A stretch of 64,000 nt of DNA from Vicugna vicugna (lineage: Eukaryota). Made by a program: the position numbers and the translations under genes. Below the pieces are notes generated by a model. The model was given only the letters and a program-made list of their open reading frames with translations. It was not told the origin of the DNA and ran no database searches. The stretch lies in contig MU057640.1 of the NCBI GenBank assembly GCA_013265495.1, positions 124,001-188,000 of the forward strand, given 5' to 3'. Shown here piece by piece: positions 22,451 through 36,669 of this stretch; the first letter of the stretch is position 1, and each line of letters starts with the position of its first letter.

Positions 22451-25400
22451 GCTGTCTGTCTTCCTTCCCGCCCCATCTCCCCCACACCCAGCCCTGCTGA
22501 CATCCATCCCTGGTGACTAGCGATGCCCAGGGCCTCCATTCCTTTGGCTCTGTGCCAAGGCTTGGCTTGCCCTCCACTCTGTGCTGGCACCAGCCCCATT
22601 TCTTCTGCGCCCGAGCCTTCCAGTTCTGTGCCATCCCTCCTACACATCCCTGCGTCCACCTACCTGCTTGTCTTCTACCCCTGTATTCTATGATTGGGCC
22701 ACAAATGAGTTGCTCCACACAAATGCTGCTCTTTCCCACCTCCCAGCCACCTTTTACCACTGCCTAAAATGAACTCTGGAAACCCCCACTCCCTTGCAAA
22801 CTCCTACTCATCCCTCAAGACCCTGGTCAAACTCACCTCTAGAAGCTTTCCTCACACCACCCCAGGCAAAGTTGGTGGCTCCCTGCTCCCTGAGTCTCCA
22901 CCTCTGTCTGCTGTAGTTCTATGATGCATCACCCTGTGGGAACTGGAGTCTCCCTAACTTAGCAGTGAGGTCCCTGAGGGTAAAGCTTGCATCCCTATCT
23001 CCTGTGTCTAAAGCACTAGTTGGGATCAAGGCAGGAACTCAATAAATGGGATAAAATTAATTTCCTTTCCTAGTTGGCCTTCTTTTCTCCAACCTTGCCT
23101 GCCATCTCTTTTTTGGAACTGGAAATCACTTCTTTCCAGAAAAAGAGCACTGGCCCTGGGGCACATGGGAGGTAGGGAGATCACAAGGCTGGTCCCTTGC
23201 CCCCATCCTCTTCTGCCTTAAGCCCCTTTCCTAGCCTGGCCATTTGGCATTTTCCCCCTGGCCTCCTTTGGGGCAGAGAAAAGTCACCATGGGGAGCTCA
23301 CCCCCTATATTGACCTCCAGCTCCTGCAGCACATCTCCCTGGGCCATCACTGATGCTCAAACAAAATGCTTATTAAAACATAAACATGTTAAATCTGGCC
23401 CATTTCTTACCTATCAGTGAAGAGAGGAGAAGCAGCAGCTGTGTAGCAGGGGCCCCTGGGAAGTTGTGTGAGTTCTTAGGCAAAGATAAAGTTTGGCAGA
23501 AAAAAGGGAATGGAATTACCCAAAGCTTGTCTAGAAAAGGAAAAGTTTCTTCCATTCAAAAACCCTACTCCCTGCCCCCATCAGCCAGGAGTTTTCTGAG
23601 CTTGGTCAAAGGTCCCCGTGAAGTGGGAGGCAGCGGCCTCTCCTGCCGTGGGGGGTGGGCAGCCAAGGCACCTTCCTGGTCTGCTCCTATTTTTCCTCCA
23701 TGATCCCTTCTTCTCAGACACCCAGGCCCATAATTCCTTACTTCTCACCCCAAATGCAAAGGAGACCCAGAGGTTGGGGAGGCAGAACTCACACAATGTC
23801 GCTGGGACCCACCAGCCAGGCTCCAGCAGTCACTGCCCAGGTCAGGCACTTGTCTTCAAGCCTCATGTCCCACCACCTCAGAGGGACATGTAACTACTAA
23901 GGCTGTTTTCAAGCTACCGAGGTAATGTCACTAACCACAGAGTTGTGCGGTCAGCTCTCCCAAGCTGTGGGCTCCAACACATAGATCGTCCGCGCTTGGG
24001 GAGTTTACTTTCTAGTAGGGCACTGCATTCTTCCCTTGTGTGTGTTAATTTAGAATAAAACAAATCTTACAACCTGGATATTCAAGTATTTCCACAATAA
24101 ATTTCCAACCTATGCTACAGCCGAATCCAAAAGGAAAAAAGAGCACTTCACATTTGAGGATTTCTCCATTTATCTCTCTACTGCCTCCTTACCCTCCAAC
24201 ACATATATCCATTTCCCTTGATATAGTCTTTCAAAGTGTGGGGGGCGGGCAGGGGGCTGCTGGGAGGAGAGTGTTCTCTCAGTGTCAGTCTGCAACCCCC
24301 ACCCCCCGTACCAATCCTCCTTCCTCCCTTTGCTGCTGCCATATTCAAGTCAGGACCTTGAAACACCAAACGTGACTGCAGGAGTGAGACGTGCAAAGCT
24401 CAGTGTGGCTGATGAGAGGCTGTCATACACCACCTGTATGGGAGTGTATGGACTTTGGAGGGGAGTTTTATCCCCAAAGCTGGGACAGAAATACAGTTTC
24501 CTCGACCCTTCCCACAGACACAAGGGCCCTCCAGAGGGAAAGAACAGAATTCCTGGGATGTCGTTCAGTGACATGGGGCCTGAATCCAGATCTTGGGATA
24601 CGGCCCCAGGAGGAGGGTGAGGCCACGAGGAACGTGGGTGTGGGCAGGACACTGCCCTGGGGCAGGAGGCCTGGGGCAGGAGGCCAGAGACAGGAGAGCA
24701 TCAGAAATGGCAAAAGAAGGGGTTTTCTGGAAATCCTGTCCTGATTGGCTCCCACCCAGCGGCTCGAGCCTTAGAGAGCTCATCCCCTTCCTTCCACATG
24801 GACACACCACACACTACAAGGATCTGGGCTACAGTCTTCTCTGGAGAAGCCAACAGCCTGAACTCCTGGAGACATTAAGGGAGCTGGTGTGTGGAGCGCC
24901 CCCTTCACCCACTCTCCACTTCTTAAGTGGGAGGGGCTCAGGCCCAGGCCCCCACAAAGGCCAGTGTGGGGTGTGGGACCTGCCCGTAGAGCACAGGCTG
25001 GAGGGTCCTTCTCAGCCCAGCGTGGACAGCCTGGCCTCCAGAGCATACCTGGTGTCCTGTGGCTGAACAGGGTGGCCTCGGTGCCTCGGTTGTTGCAGAG
25101 AGAGGGCAAGGTGTTACCCTCTTGTTGCAGGTCCTGACATCTGGCTTGGCATCTGCTGCTCTGCAGCTGCTGTCCCTGTGGGCTGCCAGGAAGGGGTCCC
25201 GGAGTGGGACCCCCAGAGGCCGGCAGCCAAGTCTCCTGCAGTCCTCTCTTCTTGGTGCCTCCATCACTCTCCCAGGGCATTTCTCATCTCCTCTGCTGCT
25301 TCAGCCTCTGTATTTGGATGACTCTCAGCCCAGAAACTGAGAGGTGTCTATGCCTGTGGCAAAGACCTGGAAACTTCACCTAGAAAGTCAGAAGACCAGC

Positions 25401-25559
25401 ACCTTGCAATTCAGAAACAGACTTTCCAACACTAACTTTTTGTCTTTTTTTGTGGTGCTGTTCTAACCAGTAAATTTCAGACCCATCATCCCAGACCCCT
25501 ATCTTAGAGTATAATTCCACTTAAAGACAAATGATGCTGTGGTTACTTTTCTATTAAAA

Positions 25560-25935
25560 CAGACATACAGACTTACAACATGGATAAACCTTGAGAACAT
25601 GGTGTTAAGTGAAACAAGCCAGACACAGAAAGACAAATACTGTATGATTCTACTTATATGAGGTACCTAGAGCAGACAATTCAGAGAGACAGAAATCAGA
25701 ATGGTGGTCACCAGAGGCTGGGGGAGAAGGAATGAGGAGTTAGTGTTTAATGGGCACAGAGTTTCAGTTTCGCAAGATAAAAAAAAAAGTCCTGGAGGTG
25801 GATGGTGATGATGGTTGCACAACATTATGAATGTACTGATACCACTGAACTGTACATTTTAAAATGATTAAGATGGTAAATTTTATGTAATGTGTATTTT
25901 ATCAGAATAAAACAACATGCACTATGAAATAAAAT
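25560..25935 (+). mobile_element. L1MB-type 3' UTR fragment
   Basis: gtgaaacaagccagacacagaaagacaaatactgtatgattc...ggtgatgatggttgcacaac. Confidence 0.8.
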
Positions 25936-28900
25936 TAAAACTTTTGTTTTCTTAAAACTCTGGAGACATTTCTGCCTGTGGCTGCCACTTTGGGCTGTGT
26001 CCCAGACCCTCAGGGTCTCTCATGTTCCCCTGTTGTTTGAGCAGCTTTAGTTAGCACACTGGAGAAATGTTGTCTGTATTTTACAGAAGAGAAACCAGAG
26101 GCCCAGAGAGGTGGTTCCATTCACAGCACCCCTCTGTCCTGGAGGCAAGCCGCACCGGCTCCGGCTAAGCAGTCAGACTTCTCAGGGCTGGGGCAGCCTC
26201 TTCTGCTTTTGTTGCTGTGTGTGTCTGGGACTGTTACTCATCTTCTCAAAGCCTCCATTTTTTCACCTGTAAAATGGGGATAATCCTACTCACAGGCTGG
26301 AGGAGGATGACCTGAGACAATGCTTGTGATGGGCTCAGCATAGGGTCTGGACACGTTGATAACAAATGCTCAGTGGACAGTGGTTTTATGGGGCAAGTAC
26401 GTTTCTCCGGGGCTTTTCTTGGTTAAATGAGGGGTAAGTAGAAGTATTAAGAACTGCACTATCCTTTATTCCTCCTGCACTCAACGTGGTGACTTTGAAT
26501 GGGGACAAACCCATATGTCTCTCAAGATGTCACAAATGTGCTCTAGGGGAGGAATCCTGTTTGGATTCAACCTGGACCACTTGTTTATAAATACTGGGTC
26601 TCTTAAGTGGGTAAGGCCAATTGACTTCAGCCTCCAGAGTCTCCAGCAAAACCCTGTAAACAAGGGCAAAACTGGTTAATATTTGTTCTTACTTAAAACA
26701 CATTCCCACACATGTGCCCTGTTTATGTCATCCTGCACGGAAATCCCCTCCCGGGGACCCCTAATCCACCCATGACTTCATTTATTCACTAAACACTTAT
26801 TGAGCAATTCCCAGGAGCCCCAGGGTGGGTGGCTGCATGCACCCAGCTCCCTCTTACCGCTCAGGCTGGGCTGGTCCCCACACATTGGGGAGCAGGAGGT
26901 TTTGGGCAGTTGGGTGGCCAGACAGAAGGCACACCTCCGTGGTCTGTGTGAAGGTGCCCACACTGGCTTCCCTCATCTGGCTCAGAGGCACCAGGATGAG
27001 CTAGACAGTTTCCTCTGCCAGCTTCCCTGTCCAGAGAGCCAGTCTGCAGACAAGGGTTGTTTTCTCTGAGAATAACAAAGGAGTGTGTCAAAGAGGGTGC
27101 AGGGAGCCGGTGGGATGCCACACCTCAGGTAAATTGAGGGAAGAAGCAGGTCCTCGGCCCTCTGCCAGCCAGAGACAGAATCCTGGGGCAACATCGTCTG
27201 GGAAGAAGGGGCTTGTCTCGTGAGAAACTGCAGAGGTGGGGTGATCAGGGAGGGGCTGCAGGAAACAGCTGGGTTGGCTGCGTTCCCGGTGGGGAGATGG
27301 GGCCAGACTTGTCTCCAGCCCCAGGGGCAGGGGCCTTCTAAGGGGGTGGCCAGCCTTCGCCTGCCGGAAGGCTGGAGCACTGCCAGGAAGAGAGAGGCAG
27401 GGCCTTCCAAGTCCCCAGGACGGATGGGGCAGGAGCCCATAGTGCTACTGGCCGTCCACGTCGGCCCAGCCTGGCAGAGCGGTGGTAGCTCCCAGGCCTG
27501 GTCTCCGGTGAGCTCCATCTGGCACAGGCTCTCTCTGGGTCAGATCACCCAAATCTCCTCATAAAAAATGTTCACCAGTGCATTTGACTTAAAAACAAAA
27601 GTCAATTCATGCAGCAATTATCAAATGCTTGGAGTGCCTTGGTAAATCATTTCTTTAATGACAAAAGTTGCATAATCACTTGTAACAAGTCTATGACTTT
27701 ATTATTTACTTATTTAAGTCATGAATTGATCTATTGTGCAAGTGGACAAAGGGGGACTTCTAATCTTTGCTGGGTAGAAAGAGATCCCCAAAGGATAACT
27801 TGCTGCATGTGGACAGGGGCAGGGAGAGGACCCTGTCTCTCCGGAGGGTGGGCTGCTCTGAGGCCATTGCCATGGGCCCATCTGACACAAAAAGGGTGCC
27901 CTGGCTTAGATGGCCGGAACCTACATCACCAGTCAAATGGGTGATGCCATCAACAGCACATTAACCCGTGCACTGTAGGATTCCCACAAAGGCTGAAGGC
28001 CCTTAATGAACAGCCACGGACTTCACTTCCAAATGCCTAATGAAGTAGCCTGAGAGTCAGAGCAGCCACATGAACCAGCATGAAGTCTAGCCCAGCTCTC
28101 CCAGCCCTGCCTTATAGGACTGAGGAAATGAGTGAGAACAGACGCTCTCTTGGCGTCCTCAGACTGTACCCCCAAGCCCTGCGCAGCTTGCCCAGGACAG
28201 AAGAGCCCTTTCCCCTCCACTGGGGTGTTACATCACTCACATCTGATGACGTTTTCAAACTGGATCACTGTCTGGCCGCACAGACCAGAGAAGACCCCTC
28301 ACCAGGAGAGAAAGGGCTGGGGGGAGCTGGGTTAGGACTCTCAGAAACAAGATTTGACAAGGAGATTTCCAAAACAGCAAGGGTGACATGGAGGTCATTT
28401 TCAACATTTCAGAAACACGGAAGAAATCACACTTTCACATCTATCAAGGTTAAGCAAGCTAATGCTGAGTCATCGCACTACACATTTATGCTATTTTATA
28501 GCAGATGTAGGTAAATCCAGTTAGTAAGCAGAAAAACAAGTTGTTTCCTAACAAGTGGACAAAACCTCTGAAAAATCTAAGTGCAGGATAAAGTCCCAAA
28601 AACCTCTCCTCAGTTTCCTCAGCAGATATCTGAGAGACTACTACGTGTCCATCTGTGATCACCATGTCGGGAGAGGATGCACCAGCCCTTAAAAAACTCA
28701 CTTAAGTTCAGTTATTTAGGCATAGTATAAATATATTTATCTAGCTCCCAGTGTTGTTTTCACTTTTAAATCATCCTTATATGTGAGTCTAGTGGTTCTC
28801 GACTAGGTCTGCTACCCAAGAAAACTAATCTAAACAGAATTTTATCTGTGATCCACCTTGAGGTGTGCTATGGATGAAAGGATAACAAAAGCCTTTCCTC

Positions 28901-30062
28901 TCTTGCATAAGGAATTGACCTTGGGTTACTATGTAATTAAAATAACTTCAGGGGAAAAATAAAAAGAAACAGAGAAGAGTATGTCACCTTTTCTCCCAGG
29001 AATTAAGACTCCCACAAACCTGGTTTCTGGGGCTCTTCCATCTCCCCTCTTTAGAGGGCACGGCATACCAGGCACAGAAGGACCAGCCCACATAAGATAA
29101 TCTTTGCCAAGAACAAGAGGCCCAGTGCTGAAAGGCCCCCGTGGTAGGTCAGGTCATCATTCTCCACGGTTTCTCCAAGTCATTTAATGAAGAGGGTATA
29201 GACTAAGTAAATATGGAAACAGATTCAGTTAGCAAATTAGGTTTTCCTCTGAACAAATCATCACTTTAATTCAAAAACCAATTACCCCTGGGTGTCTCCT
29301 ACATATTTCATTTTGTTTTTAGCATATGCTCTTTTGTCTTCTTGCCAGTTCAGACTCTTCTCTTCTTCCCAAGCTTGCTTCAAACCTTACGCTGCTGGAG
29401 AAAACTCCGCTCTTAAACCCTGTCTTTTGTAGATCCCTCCTTCACTCTGCCTTCCCATCCACACCACGTAGTGAGTCTACACTGTCTTGCTTGTACTCAA
29501 GCATGCTGTCATTTCACTTCTAAACAGATACTAAGCTGTTGGTGGGCAGGGTCCCCTAGCTTGGCACACAGAACAATCCCCAGAGAGAATGGCTGGGCTA
29601 CAAAGAGCTGCAGTACTTACCTACTGATGTAGGAAATTCAGCCTCTTTACTCCTGCTTCTCAATCTGCTCGAAGACATTCTTCCATCAGGAGCACCTCTG
29701 TTAGGGTCCCTAAGAATCAGAAACCCCTCCCAGCTGATGAGAACAAATCATGATGCTTCTGTGGCAGACTCTAGCAACACTGCCTACAAGATTCATTAAA
29801 GCAAACGATGCCTCTGATTCCCAAAGGAGGGAATGAATGCCTTCCCTGCTTCCTGATGCCCTTGGCCAGCATACCCAGGAACACATCTCTCCTATGTTCC
29901 TTCTGAAGACAATGGGCCAACTTTGGGTTTTCTGCCACAAACTTATTTTTGATCAACAATTCCAACACTGTGTGCAATTTCACTGTTTAGAAACAAAAGA
30001 TATTGTAGGATTTGGGGATGGAGTGATAGGATCTACATAATTTTTAAAGGATAATCATCTAG

Positions 30063-30166
30063 GAGGGTGGGTTTAGCTCAGTGGTAGAGTGCACACCTAC
30101 CATGCACAAGGTCCTGGGTTCAATCCCCAGCACCTCCACTTTAAGAAATTAAAAAGTAAAATTTTA
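30063..30166 (+). mobile_element. tRNA-derived SINE (Vic-1-like)
   Basis: A/B boxes, A-rich tail, TSD gataatcatctag on both sides. Confidence 0.85.
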
Positions 30167-30510
30167 AAAAGATAATCATCTAGCACTTGAAATATCTGTA
30201 CTGTGTAACATACATGTCCTATAAGTTCTAATTTTGACAGTCTTTACATTAATTTGAGATATTTTCTAGAAAAAAATATTTTTCAGAAACTAAGTATTAA
30301 GGATAGTTGCTTTGCAATTTCATAAACAGACTTAATATCATACCCTTCAGAGGTGTGGTCTGCTGTAATCCATGCCACTTTATTATGAGTGAAGGATGAA
30401 AACAACGCATTTGTGTTTCTAAACTGTTTCTTGATAAATGCCGAACAATTCTCACAGGTACACATTATACTTACACGTAAGAAAACTAGCACAGTTGGAT
30501 TCATGCAGTC

Positions 30511-30516
30511 TTTATT
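30511..30516 (-). terminator. Candidate distal PSEN1 poly(A) signal AATAAA
   Basis: AATAAA ~4.1 kb after the stop with downstream GU/U-rich sequence; fits the known long PSEN1 3' UTR. Confidence 0.55.
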
Positions 30517-31722
30517 AATTTGACAAATACAGGGAAATCTGCAATCATCTATCAAAATTGTATCTTACCAAGAATTTGAAAGATATTTTAAAAAGATGTA
30601 TTCACAGTCTGTCTGAATCATGTACAAAGCAGTGTCTGTAGAAGCAAAAGCCAGACAATGAACACGTGAGGGTAAATGATCCGGCTGAAACCTGAATCCA
30701 GCACCTCCAAATGCACAGTCAGTGTGACAGTCTTGTATCTGCTCAGTTGACTCTGAAGCTACCCTGTTGCAACACACACTTATTTTAAAAAGAAAACTGC
30801 TTTCTAGGAAATATTTCCTATTACAGGGACCAGGCTGAAGTGCTAACACCAGATTCCAGGGCCCAGGGTGGATCCAACTACTTCCGCAGGGCAATGCGAA
30901 GCTGTCGGAGGTCCTGGGAAATGGCTCTGACATTGGAGAAGGGTTCGTTTCAGCAGCAGGCTGATTTTTAACGCACAAATCTGAGGTGTTTCCTGCCCGA
31001 GGAGAGAACTGTTTGATACGATGCCATCCAGATGATTTGGGATGTGAATTTGAGGACGGACTTGTTGGGACACTGCTCTGCAATTTCAATGAGGGTTGTG
31101 AAGAGCTGAAACCTTTGTTCCTAATCTCCTGTCTTTGGGAAGTTTAAAGAGGCAAGAAGATCACAAGGATCACTTTTAGGCTCAAATTTATGATGATATT
31201 GTTTCATTCCAGGGCAAAACCGAATGTCCAGTTTTCAAGTCTCTTGCCAAACTCAGCGCTCAGGACACCCTTGGAGGTGAGAAGGATGGCAGGTCAGACG
31301 GTTTTTATAGACTATCCAAAAGCAAACTTTAGAGAAAAAGGAGTACTTTATTGAAAGGACTGGCTTCCGGAAGAATCAAGTCACCTTTGCAACATCAATT
31401 TTATAAGCCCTCAATAACAGTAACTGTGAAAAGGGGTAATTGAAAAGTATACAGCATTTTGGAGAAGTTTAAGTTAAGATGGTATATACCGGAAAACAAG
31501 AGACTACAGCTACATTCTGAGGATGTATCTTATTCATCTTTACATCTTTAGACTCCAGCACCTCTCCAGGAACACAAAAGACATCAAACAAAACTTTTCA
31601 CAGTGGTTTCTGTGCTCTTTTTCTTTGGGGCTAGGTCACGAACGGGCAAATACGCAAGGCCAGGCAGGCACTGGGGGTCAGGATCAGAGACTTCCTTGAG
31701 ACGTCTGGCCCTGGAAGATCTT

Positions 31723-31762
31723 ATGTGGTGGTTTCACATCTCATGTGGTGGTTTCACATCTC
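31723..31762. repeat. 20-bp tandem duplication in the PSEN1 3' UTR
   Basis: atgtggtggtttcacatctc x2. Confidence 0.9.
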
Positions 31763-32026
31763 TCTCACATTCTACAAATTATTATCAAGAACACATGTAT
31801 AAGGTTTTTTTGAGGCCAAGTAAAGGGCAAGTACTAAACGTTACTTGTTTGGGTATCTGTTATGGAAGGAGGGTTTTTAAAACCAAGGGACAGTTTAACA
31901 AACGGAGATCCAGATTTTATTAGCTGTTGCTTCTACAGTGAAATTAATAAATTGTTCACTTATAAATTTAGTCATTTACAGTGAGAGCTGTGATCCTAGG
32001 ACCACACACTTTGAAAAGACTCTACA

Positions 32027-32059
32027 ATCGCTTCTCGGCCTTTTGGCTAAGATCAAGTG
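32027..32059 (+). pseudogene. 3'-truncated U2 snRNA retropseudogene (nt 1-33)
   Basis: ATCGCTTCTCGGCCTTTTGGCTAAGATCAAGTG is the U2 5' end; flanked by near-direct repeats gaaaagactctaca / gaaaactctaca; no poly(A). Confidence 0.93.
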
Positions 32060-33603
32060 AAAACTCTACAAATCTTCCAAATTTTTTTTTTCCCATAGGC
32101 TAGTTTGTGGCAACATTCTGAATGTAAACTCTTTATTCTGTAGGCAAATCAGGCCCAGACATCAGCGGTCACCCTTCCTCCAACTGCCCTCCCCCTTTTT
32201 ATACACAGGTCGGCCGAGCTGGTCATGCTTTGTCACTTGCTCTGCCTGCCTCCACAGCCACCTCTAGCCCTGTGTGAGGGCACATCCTCCCAGTGGAATT
32301 GCTACTGTCTTCTCTGGTGACAATCTATTTTTCATGGTGGAGGACTAGCATTTTGATATCTCAGAAACAACTGAATTAGACTCTTCTAAGAAGACGTTTC
32401 AAAGGAAAAGTTCTGCATCTGAGACTGGTGATTTAAAGAAATAAGATGTGTTCCCTATGCTGAGATGTGGTTCCATGTTGTAGAAAGTGACAGATCTATT
32501 GCAATCTTTCTACACAGGACAGATTTAATCTTAAACACAACCACACAGACCACATATCCTCTTCAGAGATAAACCCTTCAGAAAGACACAGCACACTGGG
32601 ACCCTTGTGCAAGTCAACCACTCTAGATCAGGGCTCCCTTCAGGACTGCTTCACATCACAAACTGGTGTTCAGGTGGCTTTGTTGTAGCTGCTGAATTGC
32701 GAATCCTTCCAGAAGATAATACCCACACTGTCACATACATGAGGAGAAAAAGACAGACTCTCGGGGAAGGGTGGCTAAATGAAAAAAAGAGATGCGAGAA
32801 CCTACTATAAAAGCCCCACCTTCTTGGCACAGCTCTTATTTTTCCTGCAGTTCTCACGGTCTAGCACGAGCCAGGTTTTATACACAGGGTAGTACCAGCA
32901 CATTACTCCTAAAGTTAGCTTCTTATAAGAAAACATTCCATGACAGAAAACAAATACTCTACACTCCAAGGAGAACCCCAAACCAGATCAAATGATGGCT
33001 GGAGAGAAAGCAGCAGGAAACAGGTGAAAAGCTGGCCCCTCTTCAGCCACAGGGGGAAACGAAATTTCTCACAAATGCTTAGTCTGATCGCTGCAGCCGA
33101 GGGCTGGCCATGCTAAAAGGGCTGCACCCCAGCAAAGCTTCACTAACAGGTGCTGTGTACTCGCAGGCTGGCGGCCCTGTTTATGCACATCTTCCATCTG
33201 AACCGCACAGGGCCTGAACTCCATGGCCCAACTCATACTAAGGTACATTGAAACGAAAGGTGAATTGGAAGGGAAAACACAAAACACCCATGGTGAGGTT
33301 CCTGAGGAGTCACTTGGATCCCCTCCTAAACATCTGCCCATGGGACATTAGCTCATGCGGTCCCACTGCTGTCAGAGGCCCCTTCTCTCTTCTCTCGGCA
33401 GCTGGTTCTCCCAGAGCTCAGCAAGCGAAGTACCAGCTTTCTCCAAGTTCTTGCTTTCTCCTGATACGACTGACTCAAACTTTATAAACCACCAGCTTTT
33501 GGCTACTGGTTCAAATTCTGACCTACTGTCAGAGGCAATGGGTTGTAGTTAAAAAAAAGAAAAATGAAAAACCAGGCAAAGTGCTTCACCAGCCATTTTA
33601 CTC

Positions 33604-33609
33604 TTTAAT
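33604..33609 (-). terminator. Candidate proximal PSEN1 poly(A) signal ATTAAA
   Basis: ATTAAA ~1 kb after the stop, followed on the minus strand by a U-rich tract (plus-strand A run ~33551-33571). Confidence 0.55.
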
Positions 33610-34644
33610 TCTACCATCTTTGGGCACACATTGCATTTGCTGTTGAAGAAGTTACGACAGCAAGGCTGAGAGCACAGATTCGTAACACATTCTTTGTACC
33701 ACACAAAGAGCAAAACCCTAGAGTAACTGGATCCTTTGCTACCACAACGGAGCTGTCTTATTCGCTGTAGAGGAGAAGTGCTTATGAGGGGAGTGAAGGG
33801 AGACAGGGAACAAGGGAGGGGGCTGGGGAGCCTGGAGAAAAGTTATGAATCCAGTGGAAAAGGGTGATAAGGAACCGTCGAGTTATAGTTCCATTATTTC
33901 CAGAAAGTACTGAATTTGGAACCTGAGGTTAGGCTTTTAAGATAAAGCAACCTCAAATAACTTCAGACTGGCCTTGGGAAGAAATGGCAACCATAGATGG
34001 TATGAGTTTCAGTGCTTGAGAAAAAAACTGTCAAAATCAGCCTACACATCTGACTCGACTCAAGGTGAAAAAAGTCTTATTTAAAAATGGTAAGTCTGCA
34101 GCAAAAGAGTCTGAAAGTTTGAGCCCCTTTCCATCTTTTCATTTTGCGGCTGGTGCCTGCTCTCCTCACAGTATCTCCTGAAAAGGTTCAGAATTCAATA
34201 CAGATTTATTAGGTTGGCTTTCAACATGTAGTTTAAGATGAAGAGTCTTGTTTGGTTTAAATCATTTCATTTAACTCCTGGTAATGGTAGTCCTGAGAGT
34301 CTGCAGTGTTGGTAAAGTCCACCTGCGACTGTGGGTCAAACTGCTGATGGCAGCACAGCCACTTGTTGGCCCGTCACTTTTCCTTGTCCTTGTCCCTCAA
34401 ATCTGGTAGTTTTTGCACTGAGGGACTCGGTCACAAGGACTTATATTCAAAATCATTTTCTGTAGACATCTCCTTCCAACGCCCAAGAGTGCAGGTGGTC
34501 AGGAAGACTTGGAAGGAAGCTGTAAAAAGTCCAGCTGGGAATCTTGACTTTGTTAGATGCGGACACAGGAAAATCACCTTTGTCCTCCCCCGATTTTATT
34601 ATAGTTAAAGGAGAAAAATCCATGAGATTCTAACTGCAAATATG

Positions 34645-34800
<156 letters not shown>

Positions 34801-35885
34801 CTATGGAGAAGAGGGGGAAAGACACAAACGCAGACATGATTATGCAAGCATTTTGTGCACAAGAAACAATCACAAGTCTTGGTTTTAATTTGGTTAACTG
34901 AATACGATCCTTTGAGTTTTAATTTTAGAACAAATTTTTTTCATTAAATCTAGAAACAATTATTTTCCTTTGCAACAGAGTTCATCATGCATACGTTGTT
35001 CATATTTCATCCTCTAATTTTAGGTAGGGAATAGAATCTGAAAATAAGTAAAGTTATTTTTGAAAACAATTAAACAATACTGAAATTTCTATCTAAAATA
35101 TTGAGTTGGCTACTATAAGTTTAGTTTGACTAACTTAAATCCCAGAAGCGAAGAACATTTTTTATGGTGTGTAGGGACAAAGAGGTGCTCATGGAATAAA
35201 CCAATAAAAGCTGTTTAGAAAGTGTATACTGCTTTCTTGTAATCACAGAGCAGCCAGATAATACAGTCCATTTTTTCACCCTAGTTACTGAGATACTGAC
35301 TATACAGTCTGGAGGCTGAACTTCATTTCAGGTTTATCCACAATAAGTAATTTTCTTCTTAAAAAATACAACATCCAGAACACTAATATCAAAAGAGAAA
35401 TAAAATAAATGAAAATTGTAACTTGTCATATTACCAAGTATAAATCGCAAATGTAATCACAAAATAAATGCATACGTAAAGGCTCTTGTCTAAGCTCTCA
35501 TCTGACTTCACATATATCAAAGATATCACATCTTTAGCAAAAATAGCAATAAGAAATATGACTTATTTACTTAAATCAATCACAGCTCTGAAAGCTTCCG
35601 CTTCACGCTGTGACACCATTAGCAAAATCTTTGTAGGACCATGCACTGTGTTAGCTTTTCTTGCCTCATACTTGCTGCCCCAAGGAACACTGCGTGCTGC
35701 AGGTTGTGGCCTTAAACACAAAACCACCACCAATGTCAGACTGTGTGAGCATCTGCCCACCCCACTAAGACTTAGCTAGCACAGCAATTCCTCACATCAT
35801 TTACGCTGCCAAGCTTGAAGCACTGGTTCCTAGGCAGAGGTACTTGCCAGAATTTCCTGGGGACCCTTAAAAAAATACACAATTA

Positions 35886-35974
35886 TATATGTTCATCTAT
35901 AACTGAAAAATTGTGCTGTACACTGGTATTTGACACAACATTGTAAAATGATTATAAATCAATAAAAAATGTTA
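35886..35974 (+). mobile_element. Short 5'-truncated L1 3' end inserted in a MER5-like element
   Basis: tgctgtacac...acaacattgtaaaatgattataaatcaataaaa; TSD aaaatacacaatta / aaaatgcacaatta. Confidence 0.7.
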
Positions 35975-36148
35975 AAAATGCACAATTAAAACAAATTATA
36001 TAAGAATATCTCAGGGTGGAGACAGTTCTAAAAGCTTTCAGGGGATTTTAGTATGTGGCCAGGTGAAGAACTACACAGGTGAGATCCAATTATCTGTGTT
36101 TTTAAAAAGCCCCCCAGGTGACTGGAATACTCAGCCTAGCTGGGGTTA

Positions 36149-36370
<222 letters not shown>

Positions 36371-36669
36371 CTATGATTTCACAATTTAAAAATATCACTG
36401 CCCCCACTCCATCCTACGCTGAATGAGAAGTCAGTAAATGATATCATACAAAATTAGGCTTTAACTGGGTTTTCCCTTTCTTCGTTTTTTTTGATTTCTG
36501 TAACAGGAGGTTCAGATGCTATGTGGCTGACTCTGGAGTCTTTTAACAGTAGATGCTGCTGTTATATATCAAAAAATAACAATAAATAGTATCTGTTGAA
36601 TGCCTAGTTTATACCTGCCAGCTGTTTTAATGAATCCTCACAAGATAGGCATTTACCTCCTTTTTTCAG

